A stretch of DNA of 63,425 bases, counting the filler, from Globobulimina sp. (lineage: Eukaryota): the NCBI GenBank assembly GCA_003354225.1. It is 37 parts of 37 records of this genome, joined end to end, with 100 filler letters (N's around TTAATTAATTAA, not from the genome) between each part and the next. Parts side by side here need not be neighbours in the genome. Positions count along the whole stretch, not along the records: positions 24,046 to 25,662 come from PIVH01014053.1; positions 25,763 to 27,379 come from PIVH01014054.1; positions 27,480 to 29,096 come from PIVH01014055.1; positions 29,197 to 30,813 come from PIVH01014056.1; positions 30,914 to 32,530 come from PIVH01014057.1; positions 32,631 to 34,247 come from PIVH01014058.1; positions 34,348 to 35,964 come from PIVH01014059.1; positions 36,065 to 37,681 come from PIVH01014060.1; 29 more parts are not named here. The stretch is one strand, 5' to 3'. Shown here piece after piece: positions 24,427 through 36,161 of the stretch (positions are counted from its first letter, which is position 1; every line of letters starts with the position of its first letter). The notes below the pieces were generated by a model. The model was not told the DNA's origin and searched no databases. It was given only the letters and a program-made list of their open reading frames with translations. Position numbers and translations under genes: made by a program.

Positions 24427-25662
24427 TTACATCACATCATTAATTTGAGAATCCGCAGAATCGGCAGTAGAATCACTAGTACTTTTACTTATTTTCAGTT
24501 GATTTATAGGTAAAATAGGTTCATTTTCTTCGGGCTGATTAATATTCACATTTTTTTTTAGTTTTTGGATGAAATCAATATTTGGATTTGCAGCTGCCTT
24601 AATCCCCGAAGCTGAGCACAAACACCGTAATTCTGTATAATTGACAGACATTTTAATCAATAAATCGTTGGGTAACACATTGATACATTTCACTGCTTTC
24701 TCCCTCAAGCACGGTCTCAACCTTTTGATATTATTTCGAACTCTTTCCCAGATCCAATCGGGCGAATTCTTTTTGGATTTAAATAAGATGAAAAAATAGA
24801 TGGTAGACTGGAAAAACGCGAAACTGTCCGCATCCATCAACAGCCCCAACTCTTCCATCAACGTTTCAGGTGCGGCTGCCACCAATATCTGGTCCAAAAT
24901 CACTATATTTTCACCTACAAAATCATAAATTTGTCATGTAAATTAGTCCAAAATCAGGCATACAAATTGCAAACTTAACGTGGATGCGGAATGTCGTGGT
25001 ACATAATCATTTGGTAAATGCGCTGCGTTTCTTCTTTGGTCACCGGAGCGCCTTTCAATAAACACGCGGCCACTTTGGCAGAGGTTATGCCATGAATCAC
25101 CTGCTTGCGATACTTGTCCACGGCCTACACAGTGCAGAGTATACAGTGTGGCGTTAAAGTACATTTACATCACAATCCACACAAAAACAGAGAGTCATAC
25201 TAAACTTCAGGCAAATATTCGCATTTGGTGCTGGGAATAAACCGTTCGATATCTGAGCAAAAAAACGCATTATAAAAGGCCAAAAATGATAAAAAAAAAA
25301 CGGTTTGAAGATGGAAAAAACACTTCCAAACCGAAAAAAAAACGGTTTCGAACCGGTACGGTACATACCATGACACCACGCACTGTACAAAAGGGAGACG
25401 GATGGGACGCGGCCTCTGTCTTTAGCGAATTTAGCGGCCCACGCTGCCACTTCTTTGAAATGCTTCCTATCCGTTTTCTGACGCATTGTATACGTATTTG
25501 GTGTATTGGAGGGAGCTGACAGGGAGAGACTGGTCATACCTTTGTGTATTCGTTGGGCGGCTCTATGTTCATATATGTAAACTGCACCACTGCGCCCAAT
25601 ATTTTTAAGCGGATATAATCGTTGGATTTGGCAGTGATGCCACTTTGCCTCGCTTCTGCGTA
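24427..25662 (-). CDS. Uncharacterised multi-exon protein, 5' truncated
   Basis: GT-AG introns (e.g. 24979-24915) join the frames ..NEYTK|KTDRKHF..AWCH and ..AVDKYRKQ..DIPHP|RENIVILDQ. Confidence 0.55.
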
Positions 25663-25903
25663 NNNNNNNNNNNNNNNNNNNNNNNNNNNNNNNNNNNNNN
25701 NNNNNNTTAATTAATTAANNNNNNNNNNNNNNNNNNNNNNNNNNNNNNNNNNNNNNNNNNNNGAACGATTTGATTTTTATTGTCATTTATTTGATAAGTT
25801 TCATCATGAAATATTTCATCTTTTTAGCATGGGATTAAGAGTGCAAACAATGGAAAAGAAAGAGAATAAGAATAAGAATAAGAAGTGGTGGCGTAAATGC
25901 GCA

Positions 25904-26983
25904 GTTATCGCCATGTCAAGACACTTGCGTTCATCGTAGTGGCACAGACTTAGGCTCATCCAAAGCCTATCCAGCCAGCGCCAATTTTGATAGTGGTTAT
26001 ATGTCAACCAACGCCAATGTCAACCCATTGACATATAATTGGAATACAGTGTTTGTAAAATACTGCGATGGGGCAAGCTTTTCAGGCCATAATGACACAA
26101 CGGAGACATCGGGAGCAGTCACATTGCATTGGCGGGGTTGGAGAATCTTGAATGGTGTTTATAAATTGCTACAAAGCAAATATAACTTCGACAGAGCCAC
26201 TGATGTGCTGATGTCTGGCTGTTCTGCCGGAGGGTTGACGACGTGGTTACATTCTGATTATGTGTATGATACATATGTAAAGGTACAATTATGGTTACAT
26301 TTTAATTGCAAAATGCTTTATATATCATATGTATGCATAATATATAGCCGTTGGGTGCAAATTTTATGTCAATGCCGGACAGTGGTTTTTTTTTAGGTAT
26401 TTTATATTAAAATATGTAGTCATTAATATATATATTTGTGTTGATAGAGTATGAAGGAACTGGTAAATTTATAACGGCGATGCAATGGTTATTTGCATAT
26501 CAAAATACTTCGTCTGCGTTAAACGCGGAGTGTATGCACTCGCATTCGAACACAAATGATGGATATAAATGTATGTTTGCACAAGAAACTGCTCCATTTG
26601 TTCGCGTCAAAACCTTTCCATTGCAGTCTCGTTTTGATTCATGGCAAACTGGATGTGAATTGCAGTCAAGTGATGCGTCGCAAATTAATAATTATGGCAG
26701 TCAGTTGACGACACAGTTTGAAAATATGTATGTTAATGGCGGCCAATATGCGCCAAATCATGCTGCATTTTTCGATTCATGTTCTCATCATTGTTAAGTG
26801 GATATATATGTTGTAATAACATCAGATGCATGTATTGTATGTGAAGGTGGTGCCTGGAATGGATTTAAAATTGATGGAATGACTGCGAGTAATGCACAAT
26901 TGCAAGTTTATTATGGTAATAATACGCATAATAAGTTCTGGTTCCAACAAGAAACATATCCGTGTACTAGTTGTTGTCACTAA
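25904..26983 (+). CDS. Pectin acetylesterase / Notum-family hydrolase, spliced, 5' truncated
   Basis: CVHRSGTDLGSS, NPLTYNWNTVFVKYCDGASFSG, SGCSAGG, DSGFFL, FDSWQ and SCSHHC motifs. Three short introns, including 26793-26846. Confidence 0.92.
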
Positions 26984-27178
26984 ATAATTTTAAATAGATT
27001 AATAGTACGCTTCTACCTGTATTTATTGTCACTTTTAGCAGGTGATATGCAACAGAAATACAACAAAAAGTGTTATTATAGAATGATTAAGCGGGACAAG
27101 TTCCAACGATTGGAAGAAAAACTAGACTCTGAATAATTGGGTGATTATAAACCAATACCCAACTATGTCATATATTCA

Positions 27179-27379
27179 GATGCATAACTCCGAAAGCAAA
27201 TGCATAACTCCGAATGCATAACTCCGAAAAGCATAACTCCGAATGCAAATGCATAACTCCGAATGCAAATGCATAACTCCGAATGCAAATGCATAACTCT
27301 GAATGCAAATGCATAACTCTGAATGCAAATGCATAACTCTGAATGCAAATGCATAACTCTGAATGCAAATGCATAACTC
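27179..27379. repeat. 20-bp tandem repeat GCATAACTC(C/T)GAATGCAAAT, ~10 copies
   Basis: Directly visible; the contig ends inside it. Confidence 0.95.
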
Positions 27380-27479
27380 NNNNNNNNNNNNNNNNNNNNN
27401 NNNNNNNNNNNNNNNNNNNNNNNTTAATTAATTAANNNNNNNNNNNNNNNNNNNNNNNNNNNNNNNNNNNNNNNNNNNN

Positions 27480-28751
27480 AAAAGTTGGTTGCCGCCATCT
27501 GATAATCCCATTTGGTTGAATCGAATGGACGGACACATGGCGTTGGCAAATGCAAAAACATTAGAAATCGCAGGCATTGATGGCCAGACACCAGACATTG
27601 ACGGCGGAGTCATAGTGCGCGACAACAATGGAGAGCCGACTGGAATATTTAAGGACAACGCCATGAATTTGATAAGCAAACACATAGCAAAACCAACAGA
27701 GGAGCACCTTTTCAACGCATTGGAAGCTGCACAAAATTATGTCATTCGCTTCGGTGTAACAAAAGTGCACACCATGTTAACTGTGGATTGTGTGGATGGT
27801 TTGTGGCCGGATCGGAAGAATAAATTAGAAAAAGATTACAGTGCTTTTTGGAATGAATTTAATATTTATAAACGTGCCTGGAATGAAAACAAATTGAAAA
27901 CTCGCATTTATGCAGCTATGCCATTATCGAAATGGAAAGATGTGTTGGCACAAAAAAATACATTGCATTGCGATGATTGGTTCCAAATTGGCAGTGTAAA
28001 GGCGATGATCGATGGCAGTTTGGGTACGCACTCTGCGCGTTTCTTTGAAGACTATTTGGATACACCCGATTTCAGAGGATATTTGATTTGGGATTTGGCA
28101 GAGTTGGAAGAATTAATCCGAATGTCGGATAAAAACGGCCTGCAAGCCTGCATTCATGCGATTGGCGATGAAGCTGTACATAAAACATTAAATATATTTG
28201 AAAATGTTGCTACGAAAAATGGGAAACGAGATCGGCGATTTCGGATTGAACACGCACAGCACATTGCACCTGCTGATATTGCCCGGTTTGGTGAGAATAA
28301 TATCATTGCATCGATGCAAATGTCGCATTTAGCAGATGATGGTCGGTGGGCGCCGTGCTGTTTGGGTATGGATCGCATGAAAGGTTCGTGGCCAATCAAT
28401 TCTTTATTAAACACAGAGTGCAAAACAGCATTTGGCAGTGATTGGTTTGTCACCAAACCATGTCCATTTGAAGGTATTTACGCGGCGGTGACGAGACGTA
28501 CGATGGATGGCAAAAATCCGGATGGCTTAATACCGGCAGAGAAGATATCTGTGGAACAGGCATTATTCGGTTATACGATATATGGAGCATTTGCTGGCTT
28601 TGATGATCATAAAAGAGGGACATTGGAAGCAGGCAAATTAGCTGATATTGTGGTGCTGGATAATAATTTGTTGGAGTGTCGAGTCGATGAGATATTGACA
28701 ACAAAAGTGGAATGTACCATTGTTGGTGGAAATGTTGTGTATGAATCATGA
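27480..28751 (+). CDS. Amidohydrolase_3 family (YtcJ/LAF3-like) metal-dependent hydrolase, 5' truncated
   Basis: RMDGH, GEPTGIFKD, KAMIDGSLG, HAIGD, RIEHAQ, FGSDW and GTLEAGKLAD motifs. Confidence 0.93.
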   Translation, partial: KSWLPPSDNPIWLNRMDGHMALANAKTLEIAGIDGQTPDIDGGVIVRDNNGEPTGIFKDNAMNLISKHIAKPTEEHLFNALEAAQNYVIRFGVTKVHTMLTVDCVDGLWPDRKNKLEKDYSAFWNEFNIYKRAWNENKLKTRIYAAMPLSKWKDVLAQKNTLHCDDWFQIGSVKAMIDGSLGTHSARFFEDYLDTPDFRGYLIWDLAELEELIRMSDKNGLQACIHAIGDEAVHKTLNIFENVATKNGKRDRRFRIEHAQHIAPADIARFGENNIIASMQMSHLADDGRWAPCCLGMDRMKGSWPINSLLNTECKTAFGSDWFVTKPCPFEGIYAAVTRRTMDGKNPDGLIPAEKISVEQALFGYTIYGAFAGFDDHKRGTLEAGKLADIVVLDNNLLECRVDEILTTKVECTIVGGNVVYES

Positions 28752-29196
28752 AAAAACAAAATGTTAAATAAAACGTTTCAATTCGGTTGCATTTTATTTT
28801 TGTGTTTTTTTGTTCAATCGATAATGATATGGTTTTTGCTGTTTTTTCTTTTTGGATTTTTGTTTTTTTTGATGACGTTTTCTTATTTTCTTATTTATTT
28901 CGCATTGCGTGAAATAATTCAGTATGGAACACAGTAAAACATTGGTATAAGAAAATATGATTTATTATGCACTGACTATTAATTTGCATAACTCCGCTTT
29001 AAAAATAACATTTTTTTACAGTTATAGGATAAGGTTGTTAATCTGAAAAAGTTTGCGATTTTCCGGATTATGTTACCTTTCATTTTTTTTTAAATANNNN
29101 NNNNNNNNNNNNNNNNNNNNNNNNNNNNNNNNNNNNNNNNTTAATTAATTAANNNNNNNNNNNNNNNNNNNNNNNNNNNNNNNNNNNNNNNNNNNN

Positions 29197-30813
29197 ATAT
29201 TTTTAATTCTGTCCATCGTTCGGATACATTTATTAAAATTAACCATAAAACCATGCTGTATAAAATTGTCAATTTGTTTAAACGAGTCATTGCCGTCATC
29301 AATAAACACCAAATCCTGTAAAAATAGCCCAAAATAAGGAATTGCCGGAGGCGACGTGGTCCGAAACATGTTGCGAAAGTTGCGAAAATTGCGCGTATTT
29401 ACAAAGATCTGCTTAAAGCCTTCAAATTGATTCAATTGCTTCTCCGGCACTCTCTGCCAAGCCGCCTTCAATCGATGTATCGGCGACGAGTTCAGTGCCC
29501 CTAATATCGCACATAAACTGTTATAATTCTTCAATTCCTTGAACCTGTCACCCATTTTAATCACTCTCTTGATCGACTTGGACCGATCTCTCAGCGACTT
29601 CTCCGACAATATCTGCAGCTGCACGAATACGGTCAAATTGTTAAACTGCTGAATCATAGCCAGCACATTGGGCGATTGCGCCTTCTTCTTCTTCCAAGCT
29701 TGTCCGATACATTCCCGCTGCCCAATATTGCTGAATATCTTATAATTCATCAAAGTAACCGCATCCGCCAAGTCCTCCGCAGTGGTATTGCTCAATTTAT
29801 ATCCTTTTTTAATTGACACTGACTCCAAATTCAGCGGCACGCCGGTCTCCGCATTCAATTTGAAGACCTCGTCGTTCTCTTTGCGTTTCTGCTCATTGGG
29901 CGACTTCAGCTGAAATCTCGCATATTCTTTGCTCACCATCGAGTGCAAGGGCCCGATCCAGGGACACTCAGTGCACTTCGCGTTGGCCAACTCGTCCAAA
30001 TCGCGGAGCCACGAAGTCAATTCCTTTTGTATTTCGGCTTCATTTAAAAAGTCATCGTCCCAATAGGTCTTCATCCAATCTCTCAGCGATTTGATCACTT
30101 TCAACTGGATCCTCTTCTCGACATTCAAGCGGAACTCGGAGATCTTGCTCTCGTTATTCTTGATATCCAAAGGGATGGCCACATTGAAGCGACGCCGCAA
30201 ATTCTTGAGCAAACACAGCGAATTCGTAAATTGTTTGTGCGTCAAAATCAGAGTCTCCATCGTGTCGTTATCGCGCATGCTTTCATGCGTCGACCATATG
30301 ATAATTTGTTCCAGAGTTAAGGTGTCCTCTTCCTCTTCGTCCGTGCTCTTTGGATCCGGTTCATTACCCGGCGTGTGGTACGATTGTCCATCCTCGTGGT
30401 CCTTCTTCTTCTTTCTGCCCATACCCAGTCTGCTCTCATACGTATTCAACACTTGAATGGCATTTCGGACCACTTGCTGCGATGGCTTCTCTTCGCAAAT
30501 TAATTTCATTCCCATAGCGTCGGACTCGAAGCCTAATAACATCAAGAAATCCAAAACGCCCTCAAAGCCGATTAAGCGCTCCATTACCTTCGGATTGGTA
30601 GTGTCCAACGTCCGATATCGCACGTCGTCTTTCAATAATTTCTTGGCCACACTGCGTAAGGTACTAAATACCTGCGATGGCGCGTCATTATAGCAGGCAA
30701 TGTCAGACGCAGACTGTTGGAACTCCTGCACGCTCGCTGCTCGCTGGATATCTGCGCCATAATTATTATTCGCCACAGTGTTCGTGTTTACATTCATATT
30801 TATGTTCATCATC
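29197..30813 (-). CDS. PUB domain + RasGEF (REM/CDC25) protein, partial
   Basis: PUB: RYRTLDTTNPKVMERL...LDFLMLLGF. GEF: LRDWMKTYWDDDF, NYNSLCAILGALNSSPIHRLKAAW, PAIPYFGLFLQDLVFIDDGN, VNFNK. Confidence 0.88.
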
Positions 30814-30919
30814 NNNNNNNNNNNNNNNNNNNNNNNNNNNNNNNNNNNNNNNNNNNNTTAATTAATTAANNNNNNNNNNNNNNNNNNNNNNNNNNNNNNN
30901 NNNNNNNNNNNNNCCAGAA

Positions 30920-32290
30920 TCAAAAAGGATTTAAAGCAAATAATTGCGCAAAATGTAATAAATAAACACCGCAATCCGCCGAATTGGTTTGTTGAGGAAC
31001 ACCTAAACTGACACCCGGCGCTGAGTCGATTACATTTAATTTATCACAATCCATGTCACCGCACATCATTTTCAAATATATTCGCAAATTATCATAAATA
31101 TTGTTTGTTGGATGACATCCTCGCATCGAGTCAAAATGCAATATTTTAAATGGATAATGTTTTATTGCCAATATTTTAGCGTTTGATTGCAACGTATTTA
31201 CCCACGAAGGCTCAGCAAATATCGATGACGATATTAACGAAAATATTTTATTCCGACACAAATCATAAATATCTTCTTGCTTTGTTTTTAATTTTAGAGT
31301 ACAGCCCGGATTTGTAATTATTGCTAAGCTCCAATGCAGCGCAATGTTGATAGGAATAATTAACAATTTCTTGTCGAAAATATTAATATTTTTGGTCCAT
31401 TTTGCTAATTTTAACATATTTTTATTTGTAGAGATGGCGTCATGTAATTTGGTATAAAAAAACTGAGAAAATATATAAGTTTCACTTTGCTGCTTCTCGG
31501 TTAACATTTCTTTAAACAAATATTTTAAATAAAAATCAATGATGGTATCATTTAAATATGTCAATGGTTGTAAGCGGCCAATGTCGCCAATGCTTATTAT
31601 GACCGGTTTGCAGGAATGCAATGGATACCGCACAAATTCATTCATATTCTCATTCCCATTCCCATTCCCATTCCCATTCTCGTCCTCATCCTCATCCGAT
31701 AACAAATCAATTACATTTGACACATTTGGAGGTCCACCGCCTTCAATACAATTATCATCATCATTGTCATTATCATTCAGCTTCAGCATAAAACACGAAA
31801 AAGAATTAATATTTTTCTCTTTTTTCTCATTTTCACTCAATTCAAATGATAACAAATTTGTCGATAATGAAGAGGAACAGCCTGAGACTGAGAGTACTTC
31901 GGTATTGCTATTGCTATTATTATTATTTGCAAATGCATCATAAAAATAAAATGGATTATATTGTATGGATGGTACCAAATATTCTAATCCTTGAATGATA
32001 TCCGGATTATAGTCGACTGACATTGACATATCACTGTCTTCCTCCTCATCATCATGATCCTCATCGTCATCGTCATTGCTTGATTGTTGTGGTGAAAATA
32101 TTATAAAAGGAGGAGACACAGATTGATGATATACATTGGTCCTATGTCTTTTCTGTGGGGGCTCACCATTCCCATAACCTTGCGATACATTCTTTCGTTT
32201 AATACCTGAAAGTTGGTGTGTCATAACCTCATCATCTGAGGCTTGCAGATTGTTATTTTTGTTTTTGTTTCTGAGAAACGAAGGCAAACC
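30920..32290 (-). CDS. Ulp1/SENP (C48) SUMO protease, ULP2/SENP6-7-like
   Basis: YLNDTIIDFY, FFYTKL, WTK..NIFDK, HWSL, FDS and QQTNSADCG catalytic residues. Confidence 0.9.
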   Translation of the reverse strand, partial: GLPSFLRNKNKNNNLQASDDEVMTHQLSGIKRKNVSQGYGNGEPPQKRHRTNVYHQSVSPPFIIFSPQQSSNDDDDEDHDDEEEDSDMSMSVDYNPDIIQGLEYLVPSIQYNPFYFYDAFANNNNSNSNTEVLSVSGCSSSLSTNLLSFELSENEKKEKNINSFSCFMLKLNDNDNDDDNCIEGGGPPNVSNVIDLLSDEDEDENGNGNGNGNENMNEFVRYPLHSCKPVIISIGDIGRLQPLTYLNDTIIDFYLKYLFKEMLTEKQQSETYIFSQFFYTKLHDAISTNKNMLKLAKWTKNINIFDKKLLIIPINIALHWSLAIITNPGCTLKLKTKQEDIYDLCRNKIFSLISSSIFAEPSWVNTLQSNAKILAIKHYPFKILHFDSMRGCHPTNNIYDNLRIYLKMMCGDMDCDKLNVIDSAPGVSLGVPQQTNSADCGVYLLHFAQLFALNPF

Positions 32291-32356
32291 TATATAATTT
32301 TATATTTGTCAGAGAAATCTGACGCTGAAAACATAATGCTTAACTTCAAAAAAACA

Positions 32357-32391
32357 TAGAGTTTTCCTATTTGACCTTGATTTTGCTCATG
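32357..32391. repeat. Dispersed 35-bp repeat, second copy
   Basis: Identical to 22059-22093. Confidence 0.8.
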
Positions 32392-32411
32392 TTCGGAAAA
32401 CATTAACTGTG

Positions 32412-32530
32412 CGTAGTAGAAATGGAATTAATATTTGTTTTCCAGTTTTTGTAATATTATATGCATAATATTACTCTCCGTAATATTTCGATCGAATATT
32501 ACAGCTCTAATATTATAATATCGGATTTTT
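32412..32530. repeat. Dispersed AT-rich repeat; first 76 bp identical to 34133-34208
   Basis: CGTAGTAGAAATGGAATTAATATTTG...CCGTAATATT. Both contigs end inside this element. Confidence 0.88.
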
Positions 32531-32630
32531 NNNNNNNNNNNNNNNNNNNNNNNNNNNNNNNNNNNNNNNNNNNNTTAATTAATTAANNNNNNNNNNNNNN
32601 NNNNNNNNNNNNNNNNNNNNNNNNNNNNNN

Positions 32631-34096
32631 CAGTTGGATTTGATGTTGAGGCTGACAATGGATTTAATGTTGGAGATGATGTTGGGGATGATAATGGATT
32701 TGAGGTTGGAGCTGGTGTTGGATTTGGCGTTGGATTTGAGGTTGGGGATGGCGTTGGAGATGACGTTGGAATTGGTGTTGGAATTTGTGTTGGAGATGGT
32801 GTTGGAGATGGTGTTTGAGATGGTGTTGGAGATGCTGTTAAGAGTGTTGGATTTAAGGTTGGAGCTGGTGTTGGATTTGAGGTTGGGGCTGGTGTTGGAA
32901 CATTTGAAGGATATTTTGTTGGAATATATGTAGGTTTTGTTGTTGGTGGCGGCCTGAAACAATAAAAAAACGAACAATTTAAAAACAATAAAAACAATTT
33001 AATACAGATAAATTTATAAAAACAATAAAAACATATCGGATACTTAACACAATAAAATACTGCCAACAATCAAGCCTCGCATTGCTGCCACCTCCAACAC
33101 CTCCAAATGCATAAATCACATTATTTACATTGATCACCGCGGCATTACGTACCTTGTAGCTCAATACACCACCATTTGTTACTTGCCCGCTAACAGAGTC
33201 TATGACTTGAATAATATCCAAATTGTAACTGCCATCATGTCCGCCGATTACCAATATTTTCTCGTATGCTACCACAGCTCGAGTGGAGGTAACAGCAGAA
33301 AGCAAGACATCGCTATCCGACCAAGCCTCCGTTGAAATGTCACCACCAACGTATATTTTTTCAACTGTATTGGTAAATCCATGGCCAGGGTCTAAGTTAT
33401 AAGTGCCACGCATTACCCACAGATCGGATGTGCCGGGATGTACAATGCAGGCAAAATTCCGCCGACCTAAATTCATTGCGGGCATGGCAGGAAGCCAGGT
33501 CTTGGCTATTAAATCCAATACGGACAGGTTAGCATAATAAGTGGTGATTTGCAGATTATACCCGCCCATTACAAAGAGCCTGTCATTCCATGAGGCAACA
33601 CAAGCTTGGCCATCGCCATCATATGACAAACTTTTACTGTTCCAATGATCAGTGTAGGTTTGTGTTTTCAAATCAAAGGTGTCGATCTGAGCACCATCCA
33701 ACACTAAATAGCCATCGATGATGTAAAGAATGTCGTTATATTCAGCATAATATGTGCCAAGTCCGTACGTGTTGGAGATTGTGGATGTTCCAAGATTGAC
33801 CATTTTGTTATTTGCTATTTTATATTCCATTACTTGCGTATATTTATCCCAACCACCTGTGACAGTGACACACAACATTACAATTTACAAACAAGGCATT
33901 TGCAATAGATTGAGGTATGAAACTATGAATTTTAATTTTACGCACCAACAAGAAAAATAGAGCCGTTGTAATGTCCAATTGCCATTCGACTGTTTGTTAC
34001 GGATAAAGGTGGCGTTGAGACTGGGATCCAATCAGATAGGGAATGTGTGCATATGTACAGTATTGAACTGACACACAACAATGTTTTCGAAAGCAT
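32631..34096 (-). CDS. Secreted/surface Kelch-propeller protein with PT-repeat stalk; 2 introns (second 33048-32954)
   Basis: Signal peptide [19 protein letters not shown], Kelch GG motifs, then PTxxPT repeats. Confidence 0.85.
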
Positions 34097-34132
34097 TGTG
34101 TTGTTCGGAGCCACTTCGGAATTTGGAAAGTA

Positions 34133-34247
34133 CGTAGTAGAAATGGAATTAATATTTGTTTTCCAGTTTTTGTAATATTATATGCATAATATTACTCTCC
34201 GTAATATTACCATAGTAATATTACAGCTATAATATTATAATATCTAA
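34133..34247. repeat. Dispersed AT-rich repeat, second copy
   Basis: 76 bp identical to 32412-32487. Confidence 0.88.
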
Positions 34248-34660
34248 NNNNNNNNNNNNNNNNNNNNNNNNNNNNNNNNNNNNNNNNNNNNTTAATTAAT
34301 TAANNNNNNNNNNNNNNNNNNNNNNNNNNNNNNNNNNNNNNNNNNNNATTGTTCCCTTGCACGATGAATGTTCCGATTAGATGCACAGACCTACCTGTCT
34401 TTTACGTTAATCTATATATATAAGTATATACCCTTTTCTCTAGCCGCGTTTGGGCCAACTTATCACATTTATCATTTATTACACGCACTTCTCCTGGGTG
34501 CATATTAGACCCAACCTTTCCGTCAAATGCACGAGAAAACTCTATATTATCTCATTAGCCCGTAATTCCACTCTAGTAGCCAGTATGTGCCCTTATCAAA
34601 ACCGTCTTTCACCCTCCTTACAACAGCATTAACGTACGACCTGGCTTACAAGAACAGCTG

Positions 34661-35964
34661 TTATTCCTTGGTCTCATTTTTACTCTCATCCTGATCATTC
34701 GCCTCAGGAATCCCACTCATTCCCTCCGTTATCACCTCCTTGGAATGGACCAATAACTTATTTAAATGTTTAATAATCGTCGCTCTTTCTTTATCATTCT
34801 TTAACCCCATCATTTTTAATGAAAAGTCATTCAAATTATTTAAATCCGCACCAGATACATTATTTGTAATTAACTCCCTTTTGAACTTCAAAAACAACTC
34901 TGATTTATTCAGCAATCCTTTGTCAATATTTTCAAACCAAGTCACGACCTCTCCGGAATTCCAGGATTTATAATCTGGCTCAAACTTAACCACTTTCTCT
35001 TGCATACTCTCCACCGATTTGCAATATTGTTTGCTGATCACATCGATTGTCTTCATGAACTCCACCAATTTCGCGGCCTTCTCCTTTCTGTCATTGATAA
35101 ACTTTTGAAATTGTTTGGTTGCATTATTTATTTGTTGCATATTGATTTGGCATTTTGTCATTTGATGCTTTGAAACTTGCAGTTGTTTTTCTAATACTTT
35201 GCGTTTGACGGACAATTTGGAGATTTTCTCATAGATTTCGCTGATTTGTTTTTTGTATTCATCAATTTTGCATTTTATGCCCATATACTCGTTGCTTTTG
35301 GGTCCATTGTGTTTTATAATTTGTTGCAATTGTAAATTATATCGATTTGCTTCAATGTGATAAGATTGCCATTGCATACCTATGGATTGCGACACTTTTA
35401 ATAATTCTAATCGCTGTCCTTGCAACGTACGGATAATATGTGTCCAGTTTCGCATTGAATCCAAACCGCCCATTTGCTTTTCACATACTTTATGTGTATT
35501 TAATATCCCATCCAATCGCCTTGTAACAAAAGCACGCATGTTTTAAAGTATGTACTTAAAAAAAAAACTTGAAGATTTTCACTTAACAGTCTTTCATTCC
35601 AAAATGGTTCCGCTAAATGACTCCCTTTATGGTGTTGATTAGTGGCTATATTGGTACATTTACCATTTACTAATTTCAATTTCTTCGCAGGTGGCTGCCT
35701 TGAACACGTTTCCGTTTCTGTCTCTGTTTCCAATCGAGGTAACATTTGAATTGGATTCAAATTTGTTATTTTTGTAATTACATCACTGTTATTATTCGAA
35801 TTCATTCGTTTTTGTAATAATATCAATTGTTGTAACTGTTGTAACCCATTTTGATTGATATTCGTATTAATCGTCGCCTTATTCAATACTTTTAATGCGG
35901 GAAACAATGAGAAATTTTGAATCTGATTCTGAGGTAAACTGATTTGTGGAAATTGCAATGTTCT
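34661..35964 (-). CDS. Coiled-coil + SAM domain protein, spliced, 5' truncated
   Basis: SAM pattern WNSGEVVTWF...NNVSGADLNNLNDFSLKMMGL. Upstream Gln-rich exon. Confidence 0.75.
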
Positions 35965-36161
35965 NNNNNNNNNNNNNNNNNNNNNNNNNNNNNNNNNNNN
36001 NNNNNNNNTTAATTAATTAANNNNNNNNNNNNNNNNNNNNNNNNNNNNNNNNNNNNNNNNNNNNTTAGGTATGGTATACAATAATTCACAGTTCACACAT
36101 CAGAATTCCGTGTTACATTAAAAAACTTTTCACTAAGAAAACAGTCAAAACACATTGCATA

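Noticed and set aside
27163-27374. ORFs with MHLHSELCIC repeats
   Set aside because: Translation of a stop-free 20-bp minisatellite.
27480-28751. Bacterial contaminant origin of the amidohydrolase
   Set aside because: The T-rich 3' flank and base composition match the host, and the family also occurs in eukaryotes. HGT cannot be judged without a phylogeny.
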